Part shown: positions 1 to 20,304 of the stretch, in pieces
Numbering within the stretch: the first letter of the stretch is position 1
Layout of the letters: every line of letters begins with the position of its first letter
Assembly: GCA_040954595.2 (NCBI GenBank)
Contig: CM082588.2
Coordinates: 8,168,844-8,232,843, forward strand
Length of the DNA stretch: 64,000 nucleotides
From: Balanoglossus misakiensis
Lineage: Eukaryota; Animalia; Hemichordata
Direction: 5' to 3'
Translations under genes and position numbers: made by a program
The notes under the pieces: model-generated
Database searches by the model: none
Told to the model about the DNA's origin: nothing
Seen by the model: only the letters and a program-made list of their open reading frames with translations

Positions 1-452
1 AAATTCATTTGTGGCACATTTTTGTGTTTTTGGCCTCCATTGTAAAAGACTCTTGAAATTTAACCACCCTTAAAAGGAGCAATCTTTATTTTGTTAATAA
101 TTCAACAGATGATTCGACGTAATTATTTAATTATGGCTGAATTGGTTTAATGATTACTGTGTTCAAAATTTTAAAAATAATGTGAATCATCTAAACAGAT
201 GTTTGATATCTTGTCAAAGTATAAAAATGGCAGTAAATAACTGAAAGTGACACAACCTGCAGGTACTTCATATAATAAAGGTACTACATATAAATATTCT
301 TTTTCTTGCCCAGTGAAATAATTCATATCCTTTTGCTGGATATATACAATCCCAACTTTCCCTTTTCTGTATGGTTGTAGAGAAAACTTGGGCCCTTAAA
401 TATCTCCTGTGTCATGGCCAACCTTTAATGTTCAACTCTTATTATTATATAG

Positions 453-892
453 GTTGATACGAGAATGGGAGAGAGATAACACAGTTCACAGTATAATGTT
501 TCCACATGACTCCTGCCTTCAATTGCTGTTGCTGTTGGATTGGAATAACCAGCATTTACCGCAGTCACTAAGGATACACAATGATTTCAAGGTAGGTTGA
601 AAACAAGCCCTGGGGAATATTACTCATTGGGTAAATCAGACGCTCGTTAAAAGTGTAAATAAATAAATAAATTAATAAAATGGTTTACAAGTTTGCAATG
701 TAGCATTTTGGAATTGATTGAACAAGAGGCACAAATTTTTGCCCATGTGTGTCTATCCACTCATCTGCGTGTCAGTAAAAAAAAGTCTACCTTTTTACAA
801 TCAGGCAAGAAAGATTACAAAGTCAACATACGTTAACATACAATTGTTGTATATATTGTATTTTTCAGGTGAGTTATCTGAAGCTGAAGTAA
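453..892 (+). CDS. UBE3D: E3 ubiquitin-protein ligase E3D, last two coding exons (5' part lies outside the window)
   Basis: Exons 453-591 and 869-892 have AG/GT borders. Spliced peptide (R)LIREWERDNTVHSIMFPHDSCLQLLLLLDWNNQHLPQSLRIHNDFK|VSYLKLK* resembles the recalled human UBE3D C-terminus (WESDISVHPLTLPSATCLELLLILSKSNANLPSSLRRVNSFQVAFLKM). Confidence 0.8.
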
Positions 893-1662
893 GTCATCCT
901 CCCATGAAGAGATCACTGAAGATAATGTGTGATGTTGAGCACGTCCTCTTTCAATCTTCATAATGTCACATTGTAGATTCCCACACTGCCATTTCAATAC
1001 TAGAGTGATGCATCACTGATCAAATTTGTCACTATCATCTTTAATTACACATATTTGAAGGAAGTACTGTATTTTGCTTTTTGTATGTAACATGAAAATA
1101 AAATCATGAACCATGTAGACCAGGCTCTTGTTGATTGAATATTTGACACTGTCACTGAAAGAATTCAGGTAACTGGCTGTATTCACCAAAATCAGCAAGT
1201 GGATTAGCACAAATGATGGTAGATATTTTTCTTTCTTTTCTTTTCTTTTCTTTTTTTTTTGGGGGGGGGGGGCGGGTTAATTGGTGGAGGCTTTAATTAA
1301 AATTTCCTGGATGTCTGAGGTGGAGCATTGGATCTCGGCCTATATATAAAACCACGGATTGGTATATACCAGGTAAAGCGCCCTCAGTCCATCACGATGC
1401 TGAAGTTAGCCTTGGATTCAGATTTTGATTCCAGTGAATGCAAGAGGTAATTTCTACCTCCATGATAGAGCTAAGAATTTATGATTTATGCTGTAAAATA
1501 AATGCTAGCTATAGGTTCAGATAGTTTTTCGTGCTACAGTGTTTCTTCGACTACAAGAAAACATTACAAAATACCGATACTGAATCTGAAACCGAATTCG
1601 ATGCTAACTACAGCAGTGCAGTCAACAACCTCCTGAGGACACATAGGACGCACTTTCTAATC

Positions 1663-7998
<6,336 letters not shown>

Positions 7999-10990
7999 GT
8001 CAAGTTATACATGCATGTTTAAGTACTAGCTGTGTTATTGTAAATCTGTCTACAATTATGTTTTAAACAGAGGTGTGTATAACCATCTTGTGAAGATGGT
8101 GAAAATTTAGGATTCTTAGTGAACTTGTAGCAGGGGTTTATTTAAGATATGTTTATAACACTTCCACGATATCTCTTTCAGAAAAATCCCAAATGAATTT
8201 GATTTTTTTTTTGGTATTAACCGCAAATGATAGCACATGTACTCTCAAATTGTAAAAGAATTTTCAGTGTAGTTTGCAACAAACCTCTTGACTGGATACA
8301 TATGGTAGATGCCAAGGTCACCAGCGGTTGGTTGTAGCAAATTCACAAAAATATTAATCAGGTTGGCAAGAGGCTTGATCTTATTGTCTGTGATGCTACT
8401 CTCTGACAACACACTTCAACATAGTCAAAATCACATAAAATGATTACGAAAATGACACCAAACAGAAAAGGCACATTACATGTATATACATATACATATT
8501 GTACAACTTCAAGATGCACATTCTTTTGATTTGAAGAGAGTTTTCATTTGCTGTTTGTATCTTAACTATCATGTCTCATGATTGACACAAAGGTCTGCGA
8601 TTATGTATCTATCATCTTTCAACAATAGACTTCTCAGAAACAACTGTTTATACAGCTTTGATATTCAGTATACATGTCCCCTTAGATGGTCTGACTGACA
8701 AAATTTGTGATGGTGTACTTTTGGGCACTATTTACTATTTTTTTTACCAAAAACTTGCCATAGACTACTTGCTGCTTGAGTCAAAATAATGTTCTCAAAT
8801 TCACCAGTCTTTTGTGTGCACTGATAGTATGTTACTCTGCTAAAATCTGAGACGTTTCAGGACCACTTAAACCATTCACGCATAATAATTTATGCCAGTA
8901 TTTCATCTGAGGCGTTTCAGAAACGTCCCTGTGTGACCCTATATTAGTTGCATACCCTAAAATGTAATATAATATTTGTGGATTTTTGGTTATTCCAATA
9001 AAATTGTCTCATGGACCTGACACCCTTCCCTTATGTTGTGTGTTGTTAAGTTGTGTCAGTTACATTATCTGTATCTTTTGGCTTTATTTTCAGTATTTTT
9101 GTTTAGCGTATCAAATGCAATTTCTTGTTCTACTCCAAACAGCATGCTAGTACACCAAGTATTCCACTTGTCAACATTGCCTGTATGTATGTGCATGTGT
9201 AACAGCCATTGTTATTGTTGACAAATGAATTCTAGTCCGGACTTGAAGTCAAATTTAGCACACTAACAATGCTGGCTATACAAATATATATGGTGTTGAT
9301 AAGATCAGTGCTGGACATTTGATCATGTTTCAAGAAACTGCAGTAGATACACAAAACAAAAATACTTAAAAACAGGCGAAAAGATACAGCTAATGGAGCT
9401 TTAAAGATATACGGTCACCTATGGAAAATTAGTTACCATGGCAAATTGAAATCTAGCCAATCACAGATTTTCAGTGGGTGGCACATGCAAAAAAGAGCAC
9501 CACCATATGTTCTTTAGAACTCTCATATACTCCATTTCAGCCATATATGGACGTATGTAAATTGGAGGTGACTGTATACTTCTAACCCTTTCACCACCAT
9601 GGTTCAGTCCCAATCCATTTGATTCCTATGGTAAGTTTGGACCGTTCTACAGGGAACTGGAGTTAAAGCTTTCAAGTTGGATAGACGCTATCACTATCAA
9701 CTGTGTGTGATTTCAGTCCATCAGCTAAGTGGATTAAAGGTAATGACACTGGGATTTGACATACAAAAACGTGTTTTCTCTCAATAAAAGTCTTTATAAA
9801 CCCTCAAAATATATCGGTATGTTTTGTGAAAGCCCGGATGTTGGGAAACGTAACCATTATTGATACAGTGGTCATGTGACATGGTTTCGTGGAAATGACA
9901 CAAAACTTCTCCACATCTCTTTACAGTGAGATCACTGTAAGATCACTGTACTACATTTCTTCAAATTAAGTGCAGTACTGTCAGTATTAGACCTAATACA
10001 CCCTTTCCATTAGTCTAGCGCCCTCATACAACCGTCATGATTTTGAACTCAGAGTGAGGCCAATAGGGAAATCCCCTTGATATGATTGGTCAATTTTCCC
10101 CAGTAAGAAAAGAGATGGTTTATACGTGACATTTTGAGTAATTCTTGGGATGTATAATGTATCGTTCCTGTTCTATAGTGCGCAAGCTTTTTTCTTTCTT
10201 CTAAAAATAAATGGCAGTACTTCAAGACCAAATCAATAACGGCAATCGAGTTATCGCATTGCTTTGACACCTACGCAAAAAAACTACCCACGCCAAAATT
10301 TATTCTATACAGGCATGACTGCCTACGCTGTCTTTACATCAAACGGTACGCACATCCGACGAGAGCGATACGGAGGCTGAAATAAAAAAAAAGTAGTTTA
10401 TCTCAGTGTTTTCAATTATACATTTGTTTCTTCTGCGGGTTGTATGTAGGTGTATGTAGGAAATTTAGAGGAGTTGTAAAATGAGGAAATACGTAGACAC
10501 CCACCTTCAAAATAATATTGTCATTCATTCCAGGTGGAATACTGCCAAGTTGACTTTCACAAACAATCCACTCACGCCGAACACCTACGCACCATGCGCG
10601 TACGATACACACAAAGAGATATGTGGGTGTTTTAAAACAATATGACTATCATATTTCGAAGATGTACATTGTAATAGCACTAATGGCCACTTGTGAAACA
10701 AACGAGAAAACGCAATCGTCCCGAGACTCCCAGAAATATGTAGTCGGTAAATTTTGTTCCTTGCAAAACCAGTACGAGGTCATTGTAATTTTAATTCCAT
10801 TAAAAGGTACAGAGAGGCAGGCCTGTGTGTATTTATAGAATCGGAGAGCTAAATGGAGACACTTGTCGTCATTCACGAAACAGTGACGCAACCAAACGCA
10901 AGTGAATGAATCATAATCGGACTGAAGCGGTTTATGCCTGTTGACTTTATGCAAATTGAATTATTTTCTGTTTCGCCTCTATCAATCTAG

Positions 10991-11210
10991 TATGTATGTA
11001 TGTATGTATGTATGTATGTATGTATGTATGTATGTATGTATGTATGTATGTATGTATGTATGTATGTATGTATGTATGTATGTATGTATGTATGTATGTA
11101 TGTATGTATGTATGTATGTATGTATGTATGTATGTATGTATGTATGTATGTATGTATGTATGTATGTATGTATGTATGTATGTATGTATGTATGTATGTA
11201 TGTATGTATG

Positions 11211-11240
<30 letters not shown>
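10991..11240. repeat. (TATG)n microsatellite, ~62 units
   Basis: Pure tetranucleotide run of 250 bp; it produces the MYVC/YIHT ORFs in the track. Confidence 0.99.
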
Positions 11241-11242
<2 letters not shown>

Positions 11243-11779
11243 ACACTTTATTTTCGCGAGCAATAAATTTTCGCGAAATACGCGAGAGCCAAAATAGCGT
11301 GAAAATAAAAAGTCGCGTACATTTCTTTGCAAATAACGATGCAGTGAATGAAATAGGAGAACGCGAAAATTCTAACTCGCGAAACAGTGGCCTCTCTCGA
11401 TATCGCGAAAATTCTAACTCGCGAAAATAAAGGCTTTTTTTCACATCGTGTTGAAACTACATAAATTTCCTTACACTTAATACAGATTTAAATTACGATG
11501 GTTTTAGTGTTTAAAAACATCCTTCAACGCCTCAAGCACAAGAACACAAGGTGTCGCTTTCTGCTCAATTCCATCGTATATTGCATACCTTTACCACTAT
11601 AACGACAGACGGCAAATTTCATTTATTTCACTGCGTAAGAGCATCTCCCGGGCATGTCCCGCTGACGATCACGTCACCATGACAACCCGAATATCACCCT
11701 GGCAACCGCGCGTCAGCCTGAATTTCGTCATTTCCTCTAATCTAGGGGGTCATAATAAACTCGAAGCGACGGTAGATAT

Positions 11780-12711
11780 GGTCTGTGTACTAGTATGTGA
11801 CGTTATATTCAATCTGAAAACAGCGACTGGATTCTTGCAAGAGTTTACTTATATCGCATAAAAGATCAATATACTTGTCATCGCGTTACTGGTTGTAGAA
11901 TCCATCATGGAAAAAATGACTACCGACTGGTAAGTGTGAAATAGGTTTTTTGTTTTTGGGGCACTTTCAATTCTACATTTTTGGTGACGGAGTTAATCAG
12001 GAACAAGACCAGTGGTTAGACTTCGAGCGCGAGAGTATCATGAATACAGGGAGATTAACAGACCCGCTGTTCAATATGTCTCTTTCGACATTTGGACAGA
12101 GACAACTTCATAAAAACAAATATTCATTTCGATCCTTTCTTGAAAGAGGTCACGCGTTGGTCGTTATTTGTCAAGGAATTTTTCAACACTTAAATTAAAT
12201 CATTTTCAGTCCGTGTGTGTTTATTACACATGGTGTAATTACGCTATATATAGTACTGCTTGTTGCGGTAAAGCCTTTTGCATAATTTCCGGATGTGTAA
12301 TAATTGAGTAATTGATTAGTGCGTTTTCCCTTTTTCTTGCAGATTATGTAATTGTAGAATATACAGTTCCGTGGAAATACCTGTACTTGATAATAGCGAA
12401 CAATCGGACAGAAAACAAGATCCTGAAAATTGTGAATGCCCTATTCACCGACAGACCCATTATTGACTCTGGCAAGTTACCGACACGCAAAGCTCATAAA
12501 ATTCCATCTTCAGTAAACTACAGCAGTGGCATTTGCGTTTTCATCGCGCGACTCCGCGTCTTCATCACCGATAGAGTGATCTAAGCTCATCCAAATATCA
12601 CCAGACTAACACCGGCTGCATTCAAGAAAGCATCCAAGACCTGCCAACGCATTTTAGAAATAGGACCATCTTAACCACAGGAGAAGATAGCAGCATATAT
12701 TATCAATTTCA
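11780..12711 (+). other. Putative 5'UTR exons of TENT5
   Basis: Donor CTG|GTAAGT after 11929; acceptor TTTTTCTTGCAG before 12343; donor CAG|GTAAGA after 12711; acceptor TAACTGAC...GTTTTTAG before 17399, 20 nt upstream of the ATG. The transcription start is approximate. Confidence 0.55.
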
Positions 12712-15540
12712 GGTAAGATCGATATCTACGACAACCTGTTTGACGTTTACGCAGTTTAAATTCCAAAATCTTTTCACTTGAAATATGCAATAATTACAGG
12801 TAGGTTTAGTAGGCGTGAGTGTGTGACATGTAGGCTATAAATCGGCAAACTTTCATCGACACTACCCCGTCGTTTTCATTGTCATTAGTTGTACATTCCG
12901 TTGCATACTAGCAACTAAATCAGAAAGTGCTTGAAGCCATTTATTAAAAATGTAGTACTATTGAATTGCGGACGATATAATTTACATAATGACGTGCAAT
13001 ATGTACCGAGCAAGCGTGACGAAACCTCGGGGAATCGCTATCACTATAAATGGCAAAATAAACGTGCTTTAATTATATTTCAATTAAACGTGAGCAGAGT
13101 ATGAACCAAGAAAATTATTTGAGTTAAAAAAATATCAAGAGAATTTAAAATAATGCTGAGATTTAGAAATAAATGTTCACGATGAAGCAAATATTTTGAA
13201 TGACGATTCCGATAACAGCTGCCGCCTGAATCAAACCAGTCTATATTTAAAGGTATACGGTCACCTCCAATTTACATATCGTCATATATAGTTGAAATGG
13301 CGTATTTGAGTGTTCCAAAGAACGCTTTATTTTCGCGTGTGCCACCCACTGAAAATCTGTGATTGGTTAGATCTCGATTTACCATGGTAACTGTGGCTAA
13401 ATTTGTATAGGTGACCGTATACCTTTAACTGCGACGAAATAGTTCTATTTATCGACGACGACGACGTGATCTAGTAATACATTAAAGGTCGATTTCTATT
13501 GCGAAATCAACTCCCCCTGAAAAAAAACCTCACAATTTCCACGCGTTTCCTGCTGACAGATTTTCCTTAGCGGACATATGGGCTTCTCGACAAGTGCGTC
13601 ATCATGTCGTGTTATTTGGGGAAATAACAAGCGTATAAGCTTTTGCGCCAGTGCGTTTTATTTAAATAAATTACCAACATGGTCACGCGCACGCGTTGAC
13701 ATAGAAACACGCGCAGGTATTTTCCCCGTTTCAGCGGTATTTTCCGTAATTTATTATTAGACTTAACGTTTTAAATTTCCCAAGATCTCGAGTTTCTGTT
13801 GCTCATCACGGAAGACAATTGTTTGGTCGTAAGCTTAAATTCTGACCGATTTATCAATGTTTGACCTTCCTCTTTATTAGAACGGCTCTAGCTACAGTAT
13901 TGCGCAACTTATCTGCAATAAGCGTTGGTGGTGAATGATATTTGAGCCGAAAACTTAAATCCGTTTTACACCACTGATTATTTATCAACGACTGATCGGC
14001 AGGCAGAGCTCTATATATTTTATTTACAATGGGTTTTAAACTGGGCAATGTCACTTCAAATATAGATTCAGACAGTGCCTCTTAGTAAAAGGTAATGCGG
14101 TCATATTATTAGGTTATAAAATCGTGATTTCTCGGTCAGTGGAACGGATCAACAGTATGTAATCCCCATCTTATCATCATTTGAATATTTCAAATTATTA
14201 ATGCCTTGTGGTAATTAACGACATCAAACAGAAAACCAAGTTGGCCCATCTCCCAGACGACACTCTTTGTGAAAAGTTCAAAATGTACGTAAACGAAAAG
14301 CGACGACAGGCTTTAAAGGTTATTGATAGAAACAGATTTAATTTTGCTGCATGTGTACCGCACATTTTAGAAAATTCCTGATTAGCCACTGAAGATTTCT
14401 TGGTGATACACTATAACTTTAAGCTCACCCGAAGGCATTGAAAAGAAAAGACATCAATATCCATATTAGATTTTTCGGGTGTTATCCGCGTCTGTAATCA
14501 TACCTGGACCGGAAGCTTGGCAGCGTCCGACGGTCATGCGCAAAGGTCATGGGTATTTTCCCTTTAGGTTTCAGTCGTGCACGCAAAGCATTTATACAGA
14601 TGCGTGGGAACATGTTCCTTATGGCAACCATGAAGTTATAGGAAAGATAGTGGGCGTGAAGTTTGTACGGCGCTTTTCGTGTATATAGAAATTAATTGGT
14701 TGAATCATAAATTAGCGTAGGCCTACACGACAATTTCCTATCCTCGATTGCCAATATTTTAAAATTTTATCAAAAGAACAAGGATTAATTTTTGAACTGT
14801 AAATATATGTACATGTATTCTAAATTGTGGTTATGTAGATTACAAAGCCCGAAATAATATTCTATGACTTATAGACTGTATCTAATACTAGCATGCTTGT
14901 GTCGCGTGTTCCTAGTCACTTTGGTGAAACCCACCAGATTTTGGGTCCATATGTTAATTTAGGCAAACATTAATTTCACTTTTTTGTTTGCTCGTTTTTT
15001 TCTGACCGTGAAATTTGACATTTGACGCATATGTCTGTACACATTGAAAGCAATTCGCTGCGGCTGAGCTGTGATGTCGTCACACTTAATTCATGACGTC
15101 ATCATCAAGTGTCGTCGCATTTTTACACTGCCTCATCACAAGCGAAGCTGTATGTGGTTGTTCCAGTGATGATTACACACACGTACGTACCGCCCACGTG
15201 ATTCAAGTACGTCTTCTCGCTGTTGGCATTCGAGGAAAATGGGCATATCATACACGCGTGTTTCGAAATCACGATGAAGGGGGTTTTTAGGTTCGTCATC
15301 ACGGTACCTATGACAACGAGAAAAACATGATACTTTCCCAACAAACCCGGAATCCAGGATACCCAGACTCGCAAAAATTAATTAAGCTCGTAAAACCGAC
15401 CGATAATTATATTTTATATAATTAGCTCTATAACAATAATTATAGACAACACGATAAGGCTGCGATTTTTATTGAAATCCCGGAGATGGTATCAATGAAC
15501 TTCAGGGCTATTAGTATACCGCAGTCCGCATTTTTCTATC

Positions 15541-15726
15541 CAATCTGATTAAAATGAGATGTGGGATTGACTCGATCTTTTCTACCATATGTTCCATCTC
15601 GGATGTACGCCACTATGGCATCCGCCGAGTAGTGTGGCGTATGTACCCGAGAACAGAACAAAACAGCCAATGCCCATCAGCGAAGGTAAAGTCGAGCCAA
15701 CCCTACATCTGATTTTAATCAGATTG
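15541..15726. mobile_element. Palindromic MITE
   Basis: CAATCTGATTAAAAT...ATTTTAATCAGATTG ends. Related pieces at ~23326-23420, ~50060-50320 and ~53245-53290. Confidence 0.7.
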
Positions 15727-17418
15727 TATCGTGTCATTCGATGTCATGTGTGAACATCCGGATATAATTTTTTCCTTGTCTGAACAAAAATTTCAGAGTC
15801 TTCTATCATTGAATAGGCCTACATACGTCTAACACGGATACTACGCATATGTAATGAAAGTTATAAATATTACGATGACGTAAAAATGTCTTTATTATTT
15901 TTAAACAATGCATTCATGTATCTCATATGAAATTGTGCAGATACAAGTTTATGTTACATTTTTAATAACAGAAAAATCTGCTGTAAATCTTGTGACATGT
16001 GATCAGGGTATCTGATATGTACGATATCATATGTTGTATCAATATTCCTAACACGAGGTCATGGGATGGATCACGGTTACTAGTAACCGTGGATGGATGT
16101 TGGATGGGTTAATAACATGTGAACAAGCTACCGTCATTGAAATTTTACTATCGTAACGAGAAATGTGCTCCTTTTCCGAATGAAACATATATTTAGCGGT
16201 CAATGACGACAAAATCCCTCCCGAATCCACCAAATACGCTAACATTCGGTGTCGTACGTCACGGCATAGGCATAGACAAGAATAACCGAACCATTAACTC
16301 ATCAATTTATATGTAAATTTCCTGTCATCCATATGAGTATGTAAATAGATAAGCAAGTTGTCATAGCGACTGTCTAATTTAAATTCGTAACCTTATTTAC
16401 CTGTTGAGGAAATGACATCACCACTGCTTCCATATGGAAAGCTGACGGACAAAATATGACTGGAATTATGGTGTAAAAAACACTAAAACACGCTCTTATT
16501 TGATTTTCTTCTTTACAGTTTAAAGCACATTGATTTCTGAGGTGCTCTTTTCAAAGAAACGCTAAAAATCGATCGTGATTTGATCTTCGCCCAAAATATA
16601 TAATCCCCCCCCCCCCCATGTCACAGAATGTAACCGTATACTATAAACGTGAGAGCTGTTGCTTTCGGTCGTTCAGAATCAGCAATACCCAATGCAGATG
16701 GAAGTTGTTATTTGATGAACTGTAGTTTCTAATAAAATGTGTTCTTCGGTCACATATTAATAGGTCCTTCTCGTATATAGGTTAACTTGAGCAGCCAGTC
16801 AATGACCCGCAGTAGGTTAGGGGGAGTGAGCGAGGTAGAGCGAAGAGCCCCGCGATATCAAAAGTGGCTGTTGATCGGATTGTGCGTTTTTGTGTCAATC
16901 ATTTGTGAACCGATCGATGGGCCGGGAAGATAAACCTTTGCATGATTAGCATTTTCTATACATGGCAACAAACGCCATTCCGGGCAGTGAACCAATCACA
17001 GAACTCTTTACTCCTGAACAATCACGCTCACCGTGCACGCAGCAATTACACGACAAAACCTTCCACGGGACTAAATAATCCCACCACTAAAAGCCCCCCA
17101 TTAGTGAGGTCGATACCAATTCCTGTAATTAAAATCTATTTTTAAGTGAGGATTTTACAGGAAGGATCGTTGAGTGTGATTTTCTCTTGTTTATTGGAAA
17201 TGAGCGTGGAGTCTGGCGGTTGCGGATGTATTTTACGTGTCCCAGTGAAGAGGTGTTATTTGCAAAATCTGCAGTTTTTGAAGCCTGTAAATGAATATCG
17301 TCACTTGCGGATTTCGCAAGCAAAGTACAGCTGATACACTTCCTTCTGTCCAGTCTTCTTGTGCGCTTTCTAATAACTGACGTCCGTTTCGTTTTTAGCT
17401 GCTGCACGTCTCATCGCC

Positions 17419-18591
17419 ATGGCTTCTGTCGATACACTCAAGCGCTTCCAGATACTGAGCTACGAGCAAGTTGAACGACTTGACGAAGTGCTGCAGTATG
17501 CCATTCCCATCCACGGCCGGGGTAACTTCCCGACCCTCGAGGTGAAATTGAAAGACTTGGTCAAAGTTGTACGGAGAACTCTGGAGACCGAAGGGATCGA
17601 GGTGAGGGATGTTCGCCTGAACGGCGGGGCTGCCAGTTACATACTGAGCAAAGAGCACCAGTCGTACAACGATCTGGATCTCATATTCGGGATGGATTTA
17701 TCAGAACAGACTTTCTCGGAAGTGAAAGAAGCCGTCTTGAACTCCTTGCTCAACTTCCTACCCGAGGGTGTCAGCAAAGACAGGATGACACAGTCCACTT
17801 TGAAAGATGCCTATGTGCAGAAAATGGTCAAAGTGTGCAACGATTCCGACAGGTGGAGTCTGATATCACTGTCAAACAACCGAGGTAAGAACGTTGAGTT
17901 GAAATTCGTTGACACGATGCGACGGCAGTTCGAATTCAGCGTCGATTCATTCCAGATCATGCTTGACTCTCTCCAACTCTTCTACGAGTTCTCCGAGGTT
18001 CCCATGAACTCGAATTTCTACCCGACCGTCATCGGGGAAAGTGTGTTCGGGGATTTCAACGAGTCGCTGTTCCACCTGCGTAACAAGATCATCGCGACGC
18101 GAAACCCCGAAGAGATCAGGGGAGGCGGATTGCTCAAGTACTGCAACTTGCTCGTCCGTGATTACAGCCCAGCCAGCCAGGCACAGATCAAACAGCTGGA
18201 ACGCTACATGTGCTCGAGGTTCTTCATCGATTTCAGCGATCTGCCCCAACAGCAGCAGAAACTGGAAAGTTACTTGGCCAACCATTTCATCGGCGATGAA
18301 CACTGCAAGTACGATTACTTGCTCACCCTCCGACGGGTGGTCGACGAGAGCACTGTTTGTCTGATGGGCCATGAGAGACGTCAGACTCTGAAACTGATTA
18401 CCGGCCTCGCTCAGCAAATTCACAACGACAGTGTGACATATGCTCTCCAACACAACCATCACCGCCACCCACAACAGAACTACACTTATTCACAGTATAA
18501 TCTGTACTACAGCAGTTACGCTCACCCCCAGAATTTAAATTCGTATTATGTTCCCCCGTACCCTAACGCGAACTGGCTTCCGTGTGCGTAA
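17419..18591 (+). CDS. TENT5: Terminal nucleotidyltransferase 5 (FAM46-family non-canonical poly(A) polymerase), 390 aa, single coding exon
   Basis: [20 protein letters not shown], catalytic [59 protein letters not shown] and the C-terminal WLPC. Strong GCCATGG Kozak context. Confidence 0.98.
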   Translation: MASVDTLKRFQILSYEQVERLDEVLQYAIPIHGRGNFPTLEVKLKDLVKVVRRTLETEGIEVRDVRLNGGAASYILSKEHQSYNDLDLIFGMDLSEQTFSEVKEAVLNSLLNFLPEGVSKDRMTQSTLKDAYVQKMVKVCNDSDRWSLISLSNNRGKNVELKFVDTMRRQFEFSVDSFQIMLDSLQLFYEFSEVPMNSNFYPTVIGESVFGDFNESLFHLRNKIIATRNPEEIRGGGLLKYCNLLVRDYSPASQAQIKQLERYMCSRFFIDFSDLPQQQQKLESYLANHFIGDEHCKYDYLLTLRRVVDESTVCLMGHERRQTLKLITGLAQQIHNDSVTYALQHNHHRHPQQNYTYSQYNLYYSSYAHPQNLNSYYVPPYPNANWLPCA

Positions 18592-19970
18592 TACAGTGCT
18601 GACAGCTACCTGTGGACTAAACAACACCAGAAGGAGGTGACTTGGCCATCAAAACAAGGGATTTGAACCGACCAACCCCTTTGAATGAAGAGATAAAATA
18701 TGAACATATGCGAAACAATGGTGACCGGAACTTACCTTTGAAGTCAGTTTGATCCTTATCTCACTGGAACTTTGTATTCTGGCCTGGCGATGGACCTTTA
18801 CCCTAGGTTCTATCATAGTTTATGGCATAGATCTGCAAATAATTCATGTTGACTAAGCAGTGCTTTGAAAATGACAAAGTAACTCAGTACAGTCAGAATG
18901 ATATGTTTTTCTTTAAGATCATAGTTGCAGCTTAATGCAAGAACACAACTTCACTTGAAATTTACAAACAAAACTACTTCTGTTTCAACCATGTAGAAAT
19001 GTTCCGATGCATTTTTACAAAGTGACATTTACTTTATCAGTAACCCATGACCATAAAGGCCTTGTTTTTCTGCTTTATTTACAATATTGACTTGTGCCGT
19101 GGTAGGGGCTGAAGAATCAACTTAATTTCAAAATGTTCAGTTGTTAATCCATGACATTTAACTAGAACAACTTAGTCCGATATAAATTCTCTATTTTGCT
19201 TCGATAAACCCATTTTGTTGACAGCTCCTGATTTACAATACAAAGTAGTATAATGGCGTGTTTTTGTGAGTACATATTTCCTTCAGTTGTAACATATGGA
19301 AGCAAAACAAAGAATAGGAAATGTGATCGAGTGGCTGAAATGATACAGATGTGTTTCAATGGCAAGATTGTCATTGTATTATTTTTATGTAAATACAAGA
19401 TCTTCAGATGAGAGCTTTAAAAAGATGCCAAAAGGCAGAAAGGTGTATATGTAAAAAAATCTCTTCTTCAAAAACATTCCCACCTACACTCTATGGCCCA
19501 GTTTCTGTGCATTGCTGTCACCAGAAGGACCCGATCAGTAATTTAAATATGCTTGTTGACAGCTCCGTCTGAAGAGGTTGAATTTGTCATTACAGGAAAT
19601 GTGACCCTAGTATAATTGATTCCTGATATCATGTAATTTTTTCCATTTGCCCCAATTTCCATACAGTGTCAAAGGCAGTCTACCGGTGACACTATGTAAT
19701 GAAACTCAGCACAAATATTTTTGATGAAATGCATGGTGGCATATGTTGTGTTCGACAGTATGTTTTTATTTCTGTACAGGTTTTTACGAAAGGGAGTGAG
19801 CAAATTAATTCAGGTTACAAAATCCAGTTATTTTACATTTTGATGGAAGAAATGATCAAAAGTGTCGCGCAACAATCATTATATTACATTGAACTTCAAC
19901 TGACTTCTGAAAGCTGATCTCTGATTTTCATCTTTGTTTTGTGTGTTTTATTGACACACATACAATTTAA

Positions 19971-20304
19971 AGTCCCAATAGCTGCCAATTTATGAATTAT
20001 TTTCTTGATACTAGTATTTCTTTCTAACTTTGAATGGTCTATTCAAGTGAGTTAAATAGTGGCTATACTCAACAATATCATCAACCTAAGATTGTAGCTG
20101 TACATTTAAATTAGAAACAAATAATAAATGGGTGCCACACTCATTTATTCAACTGCCCTTTGCAAGAGTACACAACTATTGTGGTATGCGCACATTGGTA
20201 TAGAAAATCCTCGAAAGTCAAAATTGTATCATTTATCGACACAGGATAATGAGAACATTGAAGCATTTATCAAAAACATGTTAAAACTGGCAGCTATTGG
20301 GACT
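19971..20304. mobile_element. Kolobok-like MITE downstream of the TENT5 stop
   Basis: TIR AGTCCCAATAGCTGCCA / TGGCAGCTATTGGGACT with TTAA/TGAA flanks. Confidence 0.7.

Noticed and set aside
10941-11444. ORFs encoding (MYVC)n and (YIHT)n
   Set aside because: Artefacts of the (TATG)n microsatellite and the adjacent MITE.
17947-18474. 175-aa antisense ORF and a 107-aa alternative-frame ORF inside TENT5
   Set aside because: Expected shadows of a GC-richer coding exon; no recognisable domain or splice signals.
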